Notes: generated from the sequence alone by a model not told the origin. A stretch of 63,657 bases of DNA, filler included, from Phoronis australis (GCA_002633005.1; 6 parts of 6 records of this genome joined end to end with filler, not necessarily neighbours in it), one strand, 5' to 3'; counted from the whole stretch's first letter, positions 37,565-51,300 are shown. Made by a program: numbers and translations.

Positions 37565-38548
37565 CAGTGGCGGATCTAGGATATCACAAGGGGGGGCCAA
37601 CATTTTGTCCGGCTGCAAGCATTTGCGTAAAGTGAACCACAATTGTAGATGTGCATAGCATCGAATGGGGGGAGGTCGGGAGGGGGGGTTTGCCCCCCCT
37701 CCCGCCCAGGAAATTTTTCTGTTTTTACCTCTAATTTCCTTGATTCCTGAAATGTTATCCAAGAAAAAAAGCAAAAAAAAAAACGGAGAACGTGTCAAAC
37801 AGGAAAAACTGCGAGTTCTGCAGATTTGAACTCACGACCTGGCGGTTAAAGCGCGCGTGCATTACCACTACACCACCACTACGAACGAACTACCAACCAC
37901 GTACTAAGAGACCTACTCGTTTATTGTCCACAGCGTTTGCGCGCGAAACCTACTTCTTTTTGTAATGCTTAGTACACGTTTTATATTTTGTGCCATCAAT
38001 TTTTAACAAATTTGTCGAATTTAAAATAGTCTTCAAATGCCCAAAAGACCAAATCCGTCTTTCGTGTTGGCAATAATGACGGGATTGCTTTAAGATAAGG
38101 TTTGACAAAAAGAGTATTGCGAGTTTCTGAGTGATTCACTAAGGCTTCGATTAAAATTCACATCTTACCAGCAGCCACTGTTTTTTCATCGTCACTCAGG
38201 TTCCATTTCTTTAAAAAATGAAGTAAATTTTCTTCATTGCACAGTGGAGCAGACGACGGAAAAGGAGTCGGAGTGCGCAGCGCCACTGCCGGTCGCCTGG
38301 GGTATCGCGGGAGAGCCTATACTTAGCCATACTTCCGTTACGAATGCGCCGTGTTCAGAATTTGACACTTGAAATTGGATTTGAGACCTCCCCCCCCCAC
38401 AATACTAAAACTGCACACATTTAAATATTTTTTCATCCGCATAATTTTAATTACCGGAGTTAATTTCCCTACGCTCTTACTGTTTTATTTTTTCAAGTTT
38501 GCGGCAGCCAAGGGGGGGGGCCCGGCCCCCCCCCTAAATCCGCCTATG
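37565..38548. mobile_element. Non-autonomous DNA transposon (~984 bp), imperfect TIRs, 5-bp TSD
   Basis: Ends CAGTGGCGGATCTAGG and CCTAAATCCGCCTATG; TTTCA on both flanks (37560-37564, 38549-38553); near full-length inverted copy at 61871-62821. Confidence 0.88.
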
Positions 38549-40019
38549 TTTCAACAATACTGCATTATCAAATTATTGTAGTCAATAATTATTCCCAAAA
38601 CGACCAGTTAAGTGTTCCTCGCAGGGCTGGATATCTGTTTGTGAGCCTAGACTGCTGTTGAACATATACCTCGTCTGCGAAGTAGTAGGCTAGACGACAC
38701 GATACGACTACACAAGTGGGGTAGGTTGTAAACGTGTACTTCGAAGATTAGACTTTTTTTGTTGTTGCTAAAATGTAAGTGAAAGCCTCAATCAAAACGG
38801 AGAAAATATAGCAGACTTCTGGCTGGAGCTTAGCTCTTTTCTATTTCTCTCCTCAACAAAGATGGAGTAGCGGATGTGAATGGTTGATGTGGTTTAGAAC
38901 CAAGAGTTACATCCAGGAGAATGGGTTTCAGTGACGGTATATAATTGTAACGGGAATCGGTGGAGCTACCAGCACCGATCTACTTAGTATCTGAAATGTC
39001 GACTGTTCTTGGCCGATAAAAATATTTGCAGCATTGTGTACTTTTTCACTCGTTCGAGAGAACCATGGTGACAGCTTTTAGAGAGAGGAGCAAGAGAGTA
39101 GAAGAGAAGAAGAAAAATATTCTGAGTTTATCTAAAAATGAAATACAAATCTACAAATTTAGAACTCATCACTAACTTCTGTCGACATCTCAGCCGAAAA
39201 CGTTAACGTCCAAATTAAAAAAGGCCCAAACAGTTAGTTTGTGTTGGTTGGGATTCCCTGTGGATAGAATCGAGATCCGCCGGGCAGAACTCGAAGTTTG
39301 AGCGTGTGGGGCCCATTTTCATAGGCATATTTGCACCGCGAATGTTCCAAATTACGCTAAAATAGGGGTCTCAAGTTAAATGTAAAAACCAATAAAAACA
39401 CGACTAAAAATTTCGTCGTCAGAAGTATCAAATAACGAATTGGCCATCTTACACCTATTTAAAACATGCGCGCACCCAGCCTTCAATATGGGGGGCTCGA
39501 ATTCCTAACGTTGTGGACCTATTGCTAACAAAAAACGGGCGGACTAAAAAAAAACGGGAGCACCACTGTGAAGTGTGCGTTTGCGATTATTTAGTGGACT
39601 TTTGTACCATTTTCTCCGACTCTTTGTCTCTCAGGGGCGGACCTTTTTGCCCACTTCGTCTTAACTGACGACTCGACTTAACTCACTTCTCCATCAATAG
39701 ACGGCGCTACCATCACACAATAAAGGACAGTAATTTTTAAGTTTCAATATTTTTATATTTTTTAAAATCAGCTTAAGTGACGACTTTATACCCTAATTCA
39801 CCTTGTTTATTTCGAGAGGGGCACTCGGTGTGCTCATGGAGAGCTTTGACACACTTTCTGAACCAATCTTTCTCACAGTCTAAGATATAATGACGTCATC
39901 AGTATCAACAATCCATGTCCAGTGGCGCATGAGTGACAACAAATAGTCGAGTCATACGTCTGTCCCCGCCCGCAGGGCGCCAATGTTGTGACATGTGCAT
40001 TTTTCAGTAAGGACTGTCT

Positions 40020-40385
40020 ATTACATAGCTGTCTGAACACTGGGGGGTCCTTGTGCTGAACACCATAGACTACACGTTATTCTTTACTGACGTGCCCGAG
40101 TGGTGTCAAATCAGATGTTGACAGGCAACGTCAGCCCCGGCTGCAGTTGCTGCGTCTTCTGCTGTCACGGGGATGGTCTGGGGAGGGGATTAATGCACCT
40201 GCATATCTCCAATAATCCTGTCCATGATAGGTATTACAGGTATTATTACGCTTAGGAGCCTTGTACTTGACATTAACCTGTTGGCTGCACAGAGAATTAA
40301 ACGTGGATGATAGAAATATGAAACTGTTTAAATGTCCTCTTGAGGTCAGACAGTCCCTGAACGTAGAGAATCACAACACGGTTAA
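40020..40385 (-). mobile_element. Possible Penelope-like (GIY-YIG) retroelement relic
   Basis: Minus strand reads VILYVQGLSDLKRTFKQFHIS then a degenerate TC...IGD stretch, resembling the region before and within the Penelope endonuclease; frameshifted. Confidence 0.4.
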
Positions 40386-41055
40386 GGAGATTCACAGTTC
40401 TCAGTGATGGACGCCTGACTGCTGTTGATGGGGGATCAAAGGTGCGCATCGAGCGCCCCTCTCTGAATAACAATGGGGATCAAGGTTTCATATGAGATAG
40501 TGTCCTGACCTCGATATCGCGTCGTCTGGTTAAAACGCTACCTACTGGCCGGAACTATAGTAACACCACTAGCCAAGCTAAAATCCGTGGGAGACGGACG
40601 CAACGTCGCTAACTCAAGTAAGCAACTTCCAGTATTTGACTTCTCAAGTTTTTTCTGTATTTTATTACCTCAACTGGAACTACAATGCTTTCATCAAGAA
40701 GTTATGGTAAAATATTATATTTTGTAAAATGTGTTAACTTGGTTACCATTAAATTTTTATATAAGATAGGACTGTTAATTGATATAAAACGGTATCAAAG
40801 CTGAGAGAGATGATATGGTCCCTTTAGCATTCGCTTCAGTCTCAAAAATACAGGTCATCTCGGTTGATACCATTAATGATTGTTGGAAAACAATTGGTCA
40901 CTGGCTACAAGCTGGGTTTACTCATGACGAGGTAAGTGAGTAATATTTACTACAGGGGATCATTCTGCCACAATATTACCTACTTTGTGTCAAACTTTAT
41001 AAAATATCTTCTTACTAGTATAATTTTTGAAATACAAGTTACGCGAGGTACAGAT

Positions 41056-41155
41056 NNNNNNNNNNNNNNNNNNNNNNNNNNNNNNNNNNNNNNNNNNNNT
41101 TAATTAATTAANNNNNNNNNNNNNNNNNNNNNNNNNNNNNNNNNNNNNNNNNNNN
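41056..41155. other. Scaffold gap with linker
   Basis: Same 100-bp structure. Confidence 0.97.
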
Positions 41156-42168
41156 TCTACGTCACAGAGCGTAAATTTGATGAATCCTAGCTTCCGATTG
41201 TACCCGTTTGGGAAACCGGCTCACTACAATAAGCGTCCCCTCCCCGTGAAATTAATTTTCTAAGCGTTTGTTTGAGCCAATACAGTATACAGCTTTCCAC
41301 CAAGGCTAGGTGATGCAAGACATTATTCTTTGTTGCATTATAGTAACTGGTCTTGGCTAATTATCATTTTATGGCCTGGTCATCCATTCAGCCAAAAGTA
41401 GTTCAGCCAATTATTCACGCATGCTGACTCACAATAGAAGCCTGATAAGAGTGAAGGTGGATAAATGTGGTGTTCCTACAGTTTCTTGTTTGAGTGGATG
41501 TGTTCAGGACATGAAAGTGGGTATGAAGACTGTTCTCCATTGAAGAAACTTTTGTTTTAGACCATTTCCAGCTATGAAACTTATCTCAACTTGTTCCCAA
41601 CTCAGATAAGAAGTGCTTTTGGGCTTCAAAAAATTCATTATAATTTGCCATGCTGGATGCATAAAACCACGCCATGACAAGCCAATTTGTAGAGCCTCGT
41701 TTTGAGCAATTACAAATGTGTCAGTTCTGTCTAAGCCCAGAAAACTATGGTAACTACGGTAACAGTACTATAATTTGATGCTGGTAATTTAAGACCAATT
41801 CCACAACGGTAAGTGGTCTTAATCAAAAGTTGGATATTGTGATCAAAGATGGGTTTGTAGCACCTTTAAATATTATAGTTCATCACATTAGCAGTTTTAT
41901 ATTGAATGCGCTCAAATCTCTGAGTAAGTGCAAGAATATTTGGTTAACCTCGGCTTCAGAACATTGATAAGCAGACGATCCAGCTATGGTTCCCCCTTTG
42001 TTACCACCACCTAGTTAATAAAGAGTCGCTTATTGATGTGTGAGTGGTGATGTCGGACAAAAAAACTGCAGGAACGCTTAGCAGTGATGGACTATCTCTA
42101 TGGATTTGTATACCGCTGCAGACTCGAGTTGACATTAAAGGAGAGATAATTGTAATGTTTTATTCCAG

Positions 42169-42328
42169 AGTATTGGCTGGCCCATACTGCAGTATGATAC
42201 TTGGTGACTGGGGTGCCGAGGTGATTAAAGTTGAGCAGCCAATGAAAGGTGATGAAACGCGCAGTTGGGGACCACCCTTCTGTGGCACTGAGTCTGCATA
42301 CTTCTTGTCAATCAACAGAAACAAAAAG
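42169..42328 (+). CDS. SUGCT: SUGCT exon
   Basis: [53 protein letters not shown]. Confidence 0.93.
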
Positions 42329-45300
42329 GTATGACGGTGTCTTGGCTGTTGGAAAGCTGTCATCTTATGGATTGTTTAATACCTTCAAGTACTGGATAAA
42401 CTGTCTGGTACATGCAGGTTTACATTCAGTTTGTCGTCACACCACCAGATGGCACTGTGAGTAAAACGTGAAATAAGTTCGTAAAGGCTGCACTTAGCTT
42501 CACTTGGCCATTTCAGCTAGGTCAAGATATCTGATTGCTTCGTAAACCAGAAGTCGTTATCAAAAGTGAATCAGATGAACATTTTGATAGACTGTAAGGA
42601 TTTTAAAACACCGTTTCAGCTAAAAATTTATGTAAGTGCAAAAGTGCAATTATAAAAAACATTCTTCCAAACATACACTTTAAAAACTTGAATGTGTCAT
42701 TATCAGGCATCTAATCCAACTCCAGTCATAGCTACTTGCTAACTGCAAAAACTCAAATGGCATATCAACACAAATTTGCTGTAAACACAGTTTAAGGACT
42801 GTTTCCCTGATTATTAACACCAGGTGGAGTTTATGCTATATGATCTTAGGCATTGAGGGCATTTTGCTTGAACTCTGTGTTGTGTTAGTATTCATTTATT
42901 TTGTTTCAGAGCATCACAGTCAACTTTAAGCATCCCGAAGGACAAAACATACTTAAAAAGGTTCATATTTTTTACGTTAGAAATTTGTGTTTTGAATGCT
43001 CCAGGTAATTTTGTTTAAGGGTTGTTTGTTGTTTTCTTGCAGATATATCGCTTCTGTTTATAACAGAAGAAAGCAGAAACAATGCACATTTCAACTTCTG
43101 TTCCTTTGTTGATATAGCCGGACCCCTTTTGTGTAACTGGCCTGAGCAACATAATGGAACAACTTGACTTCTTTACACCACTGCTTATCAGATTGATCTC
43201 AATACAGTAAAATTTCACCAATTTCGGACAAAAATAATTGCCAAAGTGATTTTTTTGTTTTTCAGTGGCTTCTAACATTGCTTTGAATGCCTAAAAGTTT
43301 TCAAATTATTTTCTGTTAGTTGTTCTAGGTACAGAATTTGGATAATGGCAAATCGTCATTCTGGGTATATTGTAAAAATGAGAAAACAAAATTTCACCTG
43401 GCCGCCATGTTGTGCCCTAAGTTGATGAGAATTTACAGTATCGCCAAAGAATGTAAAGAAATTTGAAGGGGAGAGCATGTCATGTTTGCTGGTCATATAT
43501 TGTAGCTGGTGTCCCAATGTGACGTGTTGATAGAGAACTACATCCCAGGGAGTCTGTCTCGCTATGGCCTGGCGTACGAAGACTTGAGATCGGACCATCC
43601 CAGTCTTGTATACTGTTCACTGACAGGGTTCGGTCAGATTGGTCCACTGGCTCACCGTGCGGGCTATGATGTCGTAGCAGCTGCAATTGGTGGACTCCTA
43701 CACATTACAGGCCCTGAGGTAGAACAGATGCATGGAATGACTGAGACATAATTGGGAAATAAGTTTTGACAAATGGCTATGGAAATACAGTAACATTTCA
43801 GCAATTTCCAACGGACAAAAATAATTGCCAAAATTTGTTCTTTTTCTTTGTTCTAAGCCTTCTAACATTATTGTGAATGCCCACAATTGCTGAAAACGTT
43901 GCCTGGCGATAGCTATATAGTGTAAAACTTTTGAAAATTTATAACACAACATTTGGTCGTTCTGGCATATATGGCATTGACTTGTGCATGGGTGAAAACT
44001 TCTTGTACAGACTCAATACCATTGTGATATTTGCATGAAGCATTGAGAAAGTGTAGAACTCTTTTATCCTAAATTAGGATGGAGCATCTAACTATAAAAA
44101 ACTCAACTTCACAAGATAAAGATTGACTACTCGGTCGTTCAATACAAGTCCAACTTGCTTTCTATTCAGCGGTAACCCACCATTGTTCTTTGATTCCTTC
44201 TTTAAGGGTTTTTAGGACTTTATTGACAAGTGTGCTCATTTAGCCAAATATTTACAAAACTATAGAATTTAACTTAAATGAAAGAAAAGTATATGTAAAT
44301 TTTTGAAGGTAGAAGTTCTGCAAAATTTAATTTTCGACTTAGTACCAGTCTGCCACTAATTAGGTCACGTGACCTTGCTTTTTTAGGGAAACTTGTCAAA
44401 AAAAGAAGAAGGTACATTATTTCATAGTAAAACAATGGGATCAATAACATGACCAAATTTCGCATGAAATAATGTTCACGATAAAATCTCAAGAACGCTG
44501 TTACAGTTTTCTAAACTATCATTAAGTTTTCATTTTGTGCAAAAAATTGGATATTTTTCTCTAAGGTCCCACATAACCTTATGTAGGTAGATGAATGTGA
44601 CTGCTTTGTTCTTAAAGGATGGTGAGCCTTGTCGAGTTGGAGTAGCCATGACTGATTTATCAACCGGACTTTATGCGTGTGGTGCTATAATGGCAGCATT
44701 ACTTAAAAGGAACAGGACAGGGAAAGGTGTACATATTGATTGTAACTTATTATCCACTCAGGTATGATGTTGCAAATTTGACACTTAAGAGAAGATTAGA
44801 AACTTGATGGTTTTCAGAGCACCTTGTATTTCTCAGTTCAGTAGATTTGTGCACAAACTGTAATCAACTTATTTTCAATATCATGCACAATGATTTTAGT
44901 TCATTTTATGTAGCTAGAGCAATTAGCACATTTGATGAAATAAATTGGAATACTGTGGACTGAAATTGATGATATTTTGAACAATTAGGCTTCTGAAATT
45001 GAATTCCTGGTGAAAAGTTAGTTCATGATCACCTTTCCGTAAAGAAGTATGATAAATATAACCAGAAACGATGTGACTAAATTTGATTTATTGACAAATA
45101 CGTGTTCTCAGTTGGAAGGTGATCCGCTTAATGTATATGTACCTGTTTTCATATGGTTTTTGCAACTCTAAAGCATCATCGATAATTGGTATGCGAGGTG
45201 GGACATCAGACAAGGGACTGAAAATGCTAAACAATGAACCAGATTAACATCTGGACTTGGAAACTCCTATGTGAGATTGTGACACTAAAGAGAGATATTT

Positions 45301-48300
45301 GTAATGATTAGGAAGATTTTGGAGATTTACATGGTTTATCTTTATGGTGGCTTGTAGGAAATCTAAGCAAGAGAGACACAAGTTATAAGGTATGCAAACT
45401 CTCTAGTATGGACGTGGATTTTCTAACATGTACGTGAAATTTTTAATAATTCCAGTTCGGTTTGAAGTTTCTGTTGTGGAGAACACTGGAAATTGGTATA
45501 AAAAAAGTCTTGGTTATTTGCAGGTTGCTACATTGTCTCACATTGGCTCAAACTATTTAAATGCCAATGTGGAAGCACATCGCCATGGTACAGGACACTT
45601 CAGCATTGTACCCTACCAAGCTTTTGAGACCCTAGATGGCGCCTACATCATTATTGGTGCTGGCAACAATGAACAGTTTGCTGTTGTATGTCAGGTAAAA
45701 GTGTCAGATGGTTGTCTTTGGGATGATGAAGTTTCCTTAAATTTAAAAAAAAATAATGGCTAAAATTGTCATTTTTTATTTTCTCAAAGTTTCATCTTGT
45801 GTTTTGATGACAGCTGTTTGGATGTTTTCAAGTAATCAAGTAGAATTGTCTTCTTGTTTTCTCTTGTTGAAACTTAAATTTTGATAAAATAAAATTTTAC
45901 TGTTCCTCCAACTGTACCGTACCATTCCAACTGCTGTGTGATCTAGCTTTAATCCGATGCATTAAATTCCAAATGGTTTTGGCGTTGATAAACAATCTGG
46001 TAAGCTTTTGCTGAAATTCTTCCCCACATGAAGCCCTTTTCTCCATTAATGGTGAAGGGTACTTATACATTCAAAATCCAGACCAATTTAATACCTATTC
46101 TGCTGGGAAAATGTGTGCACCAACTGATGAAAAGCTTCTCAATGTAGACAGTATTGGTTTTGCTGACCTTACCGCATTTGATACAAACTGTGTCACGAGA
46201 AATTCTCTCTTTGAACATTAGTTATTTGAGATGATACCCGAGAGTTGCGGACAAAATATTCACTTGAAATTTCTATAAGAGCCGTTGCCTGTGCATTTTT
46301 ACCATTGGACAATTTCAATCAGTAGCTAATGCAACACCATGCTCAATTTCAATACCATAGTCAACGTAAAATTCACTAGATGTCACCAGTGAAGCAAGGG
46401 ACATTCCCACAGAAATTTTCACGTTCAGGCAAATCACATGGCTCCCTTATCACACAAACACAGTTGTCCTTATGACTTGCTTTTTGCTCTCAATTTATTC
46501 AGGGGTCAAAAAGAGGGACTTTTATTTATCAGCGCCGTCTTGTGAATATAGAGTCAGCCATTCGTGCTGTGATTTCAGCTAATCTGTTGGTAATTCATCT
46601 TAGTGCTTCGATAAATTGAGTAAACTGTATCAAAGTCAGTAGTAAATTTTATTGAAATTGCAATTTTTTAGTAAGCCTTAGCTCACTATTTGTTAAGTTA
46701 TCTATTAAAATTAGTAAAAGTTTCTACCAAAATGCTATTTATTATTTTTTACTCAACGGTGCCCCGCAGCAGTTGGCATTATTGTTTATCTACAAATAAT
46801 TGTAGAAAGTCGATTTAGAAGAGTTGCTACTAAAGAAGGAATACAGAAATAATTCTGACAGAGTCACCAACAGACAGGAACTCATCAAGCTGTTATCGGA
46901 CAAGTAAGTGTGACTGAGTGTTTATCTCCAAAGTTGTTGAACAGTTGAAAAAATGTATTTTGAGCTGCATTTTTGGTCTAGGTAAAAACCAAACTTTCCA
47001 CTTCTTTTCAGTTCAAAACTTAAAAGTTGGCCTTTCAACATGCAATCAAAAATTTTCAAATTAACCTTAGTTGCGAAATTTTCAAATTTTTTTTTTAAGT
47101 TCCGGTGGTGCATCAGCAAAATGAACGACACCGTTCAAACTTCAGTTTTTATGAGTTTCTAGGAAAAAATGCAAATACATGTAGGTCATAACAACTGAAG
47201 TTAACATGCTATGAACAGTCCCACTAAATAAGATTGGTCCTAACCCCGGTCGTCAGGGTAAACGGTGGGGTATGGAAAATTGAACTTGACCGTATTTATC
47301 CACCTTGGCTGAGTCACGCTCGGCTCACGATGAAAGGGATGCCGCCAAGCTGCTCTATTCATCGAGTCACGAGCGAGGATAACTGGCTTCGCTCATGCGG
47401 ATATGATCAGCTGATTACAATCTACCTAGCAGACTGTACTTTTTATGGAGAGAGTTACAAGTAGTTTTTACTGTAATATGTGAAAAGAGGAGCGAAAACA
47501 AATATGAGTACAACTTTGAATTTTTCAAATCGGCCCAGGATAAGAGATTTTGCAACACAGCAACACTCACGATTACTTTCAATCGGCGCGCACGAATACA
47601 AAAATATAGGACCCAAGTTATTTAGATTTTGGAACACATGCATTGCAATATTCAAAATACGTTTATTATGAATCTTACAAGCTGTAAAACGACGTTGTTT
47701 AATTTCATTGTGCTCATTCATTGTCATCCGTCAAATCGGCAATTTCCGAGATGTGATCTGCGGCGTGCGCGTATGTGTACAAAACACGTGATTGTTATGT
47801 TCCTGAAGTACGAAAATTAAGAAACTTTAGCATGCCGTTATTATTGACAGGGACACGATAAAACGAATTTGGATTTTGACTATAGTCTTGATACAGCGAG
47901 CTGGCTGACCACTGCGTCAGTGTCTCCGTTAGACCCAGAAATTTCACACAGCCCGGGTAGTTCACTTCGTCCCCAACATGTAGATCGAGCCTTGGACTAT
48001 TAATACTCCACGGCAGAGCTAACGACCGTCGGCCTGTGCACACAAAATCTGTGAGTTAACCAGCACTCACCTTGCACGTTACAGCCGTTTAAGTGAAAAA
48101 CAATCTAGTAAACGCCATTTTCTTGCATAATCCTCCGCCTTTTGTAACAAAAAAGTCTATCGTCGATGACCCGCACACGCACGCTCACTCACTCTCATAC
48201 ACAGACGACCTTCAAAACAAACGTCACGTGACAACAACATGTGTGTTCATCCAGAGATTTTTCTCTTGTTGTGGAGTACGATGTAGCGCACATTTGGACT

Positions 48301-51300
48301 TAATCGCAATTAATCTGGACTCCACATGAACTTTAAAAATTGTAAAACATCAGGAAGATTTCAGGTAATTTGTTGAGTCGAAACTATATTTTTATTCAAG
48401 AGTACAAGTTTTCCTATTGACGATGGCGATTCAGCGGCGACGCATCAGTCGGCAAGTTTTCGCCCTGTGATGAGCACAATTTTTTGAAAAATTATCGTAA
48501 TTTAACAACGGAAGTTCATAGCAATGCACCACAATTTTGTAGAAAGACTGTCATAGGCTAAAAATTCGTCACAAAGCGTAAATTTTATGAATCCTAGCTT
48601 CCGATTTTACCCGTTTGGGAAACCGGCTTTCAACTGCCGTAGGCTACAATAAGAATCCCCTCCCCGTGAAATGATTTTTTCTAAGCGTTTATTAGAGCCA
48701 ATACAGTATACAGCTTTCCACCAAGGCTAGGTGATACTACGACATTATTCTTTGTTGCATTAGTAACTGGTCTTGGCTAATATTATCATTTTATGGCCTG
48801 GTCATCCATTCAGCCAAAAGTAGTTCTAGAGGTGGCTTATCAGCCAATTATTCACGCATGCTGACTCACAATAGAAGCCTGATAAGAGTGAAGGTGGATA
48901 AATGCAGTGTTCCTACAGTTTCTTGTGTTAGTGGATGTGTTCACGACAGGACAAAACATGTGCTTTTATTTTAATGTATTCTCTCCACTTTTTTTCTGAA
49001 CTGGTGTATATAGAGGAAAGAGGAAATTTTTGGGTAATTCCAGGCTTATTTAGTCTGACAAGTAAAATTATATGTAATTGTAAATTAATTTCTTCACAAA
49101 ACAAAATATACGATAAATTTAGTCTGTTGCCAGGCAAAGCGTACTTATAACTGCGTAGCTGTCTTGAAACAACACTTGATGTAGTTTTCATTATTCGCTA
49201 AAATGCAATTTTGGAAATTATTTTTGCTTAGGTTATAAGTAGTGGAGAATTGCCATAGTCTGACTGAACTGTGAATTGGTGGATGAAAATGTTAATGGGA
49301 GTTTGTTCCTGCATTTCTCAGTCAAGGGTTAATGCATACAGGGATCCTCGAAATGTATTGCTAATAAAGCTGCATACATCTTGCTCAGCTGTATTAAAAC
49401 TAAAGATCCAATTAGGCTGTTCGCTCTCATAAAATCGTTCTCACAGTATTCCTTACCATGATAGGATTCTGATTCCATTTACTTTACATACCAAGGAGAA
49501 CATCAAAACAGTCATCTACTCAGGAAAGTCTTTCAGAGTTCATTGGGGTTAGTTAGCCCTAAAGTTGTAGATTCGAAAATGGCCCGTGTATGCCTTTGCC
49601 TGTGACTTTAGTTGCCAGCTCATTCATCAACTATTCAAGATGGAATAAACTCCAAACCACTTGGGTTTAAAATGAAACATTCATGTCTTATCAGTGGCAA
49701 AATACAGCTTTAAGACAAAAATTGATTGAATGGAGTTTGTGCAAGTTCTTTAACCATCATTATTTTTGTTTCTAAGATTCAAAAGAAAGACCTTGTCGGA
49801 CTGGTTAAACATTTTTGAAGGCAGTGGTGTTCCTTATGGCCCAGTGAACAACATTCCACAGGTGTTTGCTAATGAGCAGGTGAGACAAATTTGTTAAGTC
49901 CATTTGCCTAAGGAAAAGAGTTGTCTTGAACATGTTCATTCTAGAACTTTTAATTGTCGATTTACTCGCGAAGCTGTCAAAAGTGTGTCCATATTGTATA
50001 ATTTTGTAAAGAGAAGAGCTTTAATTGGGCAAAGGAAGTTAGTCATAAAAACTTGTGGCATCATTGTACAAGTTAGTCTGGAACAGGTTAGCATGGTTCT
50101 GATGCATGGCTATTGTTTTGGGCATTTCACCAGTCAACATGTAGTTAATATATAAATGTCTTAATTTTTGCTAGTCTTCAAGATATCAGGTGATAGCTGC
50201 CAGCATTATCAGGCTTAAACATAATTGTTGAATTGTTCTTATGCCAGGTGGAACACAGTGGCTTAATCCAGAGTTTTGATCATCCAACTTGTGGCTCCGT
50301 CAGAGTCCCTGGTAAGATTTTCCACTATTCAGGTCTCAGACAGTATTGGTGTTATATTACATGGTATTTTGAAACCTGGCAACTATGAATGCTTCTTACT
50401 GGTAATTACAATAGGTACTCACTGCTGCCCTCTGGGGGACTTTGCTTGTTTGGGGATTACAGAATCGTGATGGGCCTCGGTCATAACTGATTTTTCCTTG
50501 CTCATTTATTTAGACACTTTGCTCTCTGGAAACTAATTTGAAAATTGAATATTTTCACTGTTTCACCGGCATTATGCTGGTAAGTACAACAGAAATAAAG
50601 AGACATAACTCAGTTGTGACTACTGTCACTTTGAGATGTCTCAACATTGTGTAACCTGTATGAGTAACACCATGGGGCGACTTGACTTGTGTGCACCACC
50701 TATTATCAGAATGATCTAAATAACCCCAAGGAATTGAGGGAAATTTGAATGGAGGCAGCATGGCTCATTTTTGGAACTGTTCTTGATGGCTCATTGTGAT
50801 GACCCGCAGTCAGAGGGAGTGAGAAACACAAGGATTAATGCTGCACACAAGATCACGTTACCACTGTGTCCATGTAGCTCAGCCATGAGTGTGGTGTAGT
50901 GTTTAGCAAAGGATTGTGGGTTCACTTCTGCTATCTGCTGCACTACAGTAAGTAATTGTCCACTTACTTTGCACACCGTCACTATGGCCAACAAGTGAAA
51001 TTCTATTTTGCCAAGTTTCTTCACAAAAGTAATAATTGGAAAAATGTTATTCTGTTTCTAGTGGGGTTTCTATTGTGTAGATGTCATAAAACAGCTTTTT
51101 GGTAAAGTTTCCAATATTTGCAGCAATAGCCTTTTGAAAAGTGGAGAAACAACATTTTTGTCACAATTGGTTTTGTGCGAAATAACCAGAGAATTACCGT
51201 GCCTGATGATGTGTAGGTGTGTAAGGAAAATCAAATCTGGAATCTGAAATTGTAGGCCCTGCTGTCAAGTACTCGGATTATGAAATTTGCGTCAAACAAG

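Noticed and set aside
45960-46230. Minus-strand peptide [13 protein letters not shown] as a transposase zinc-finger relic
   Set aside because: Too short and degenerate to support without a database search
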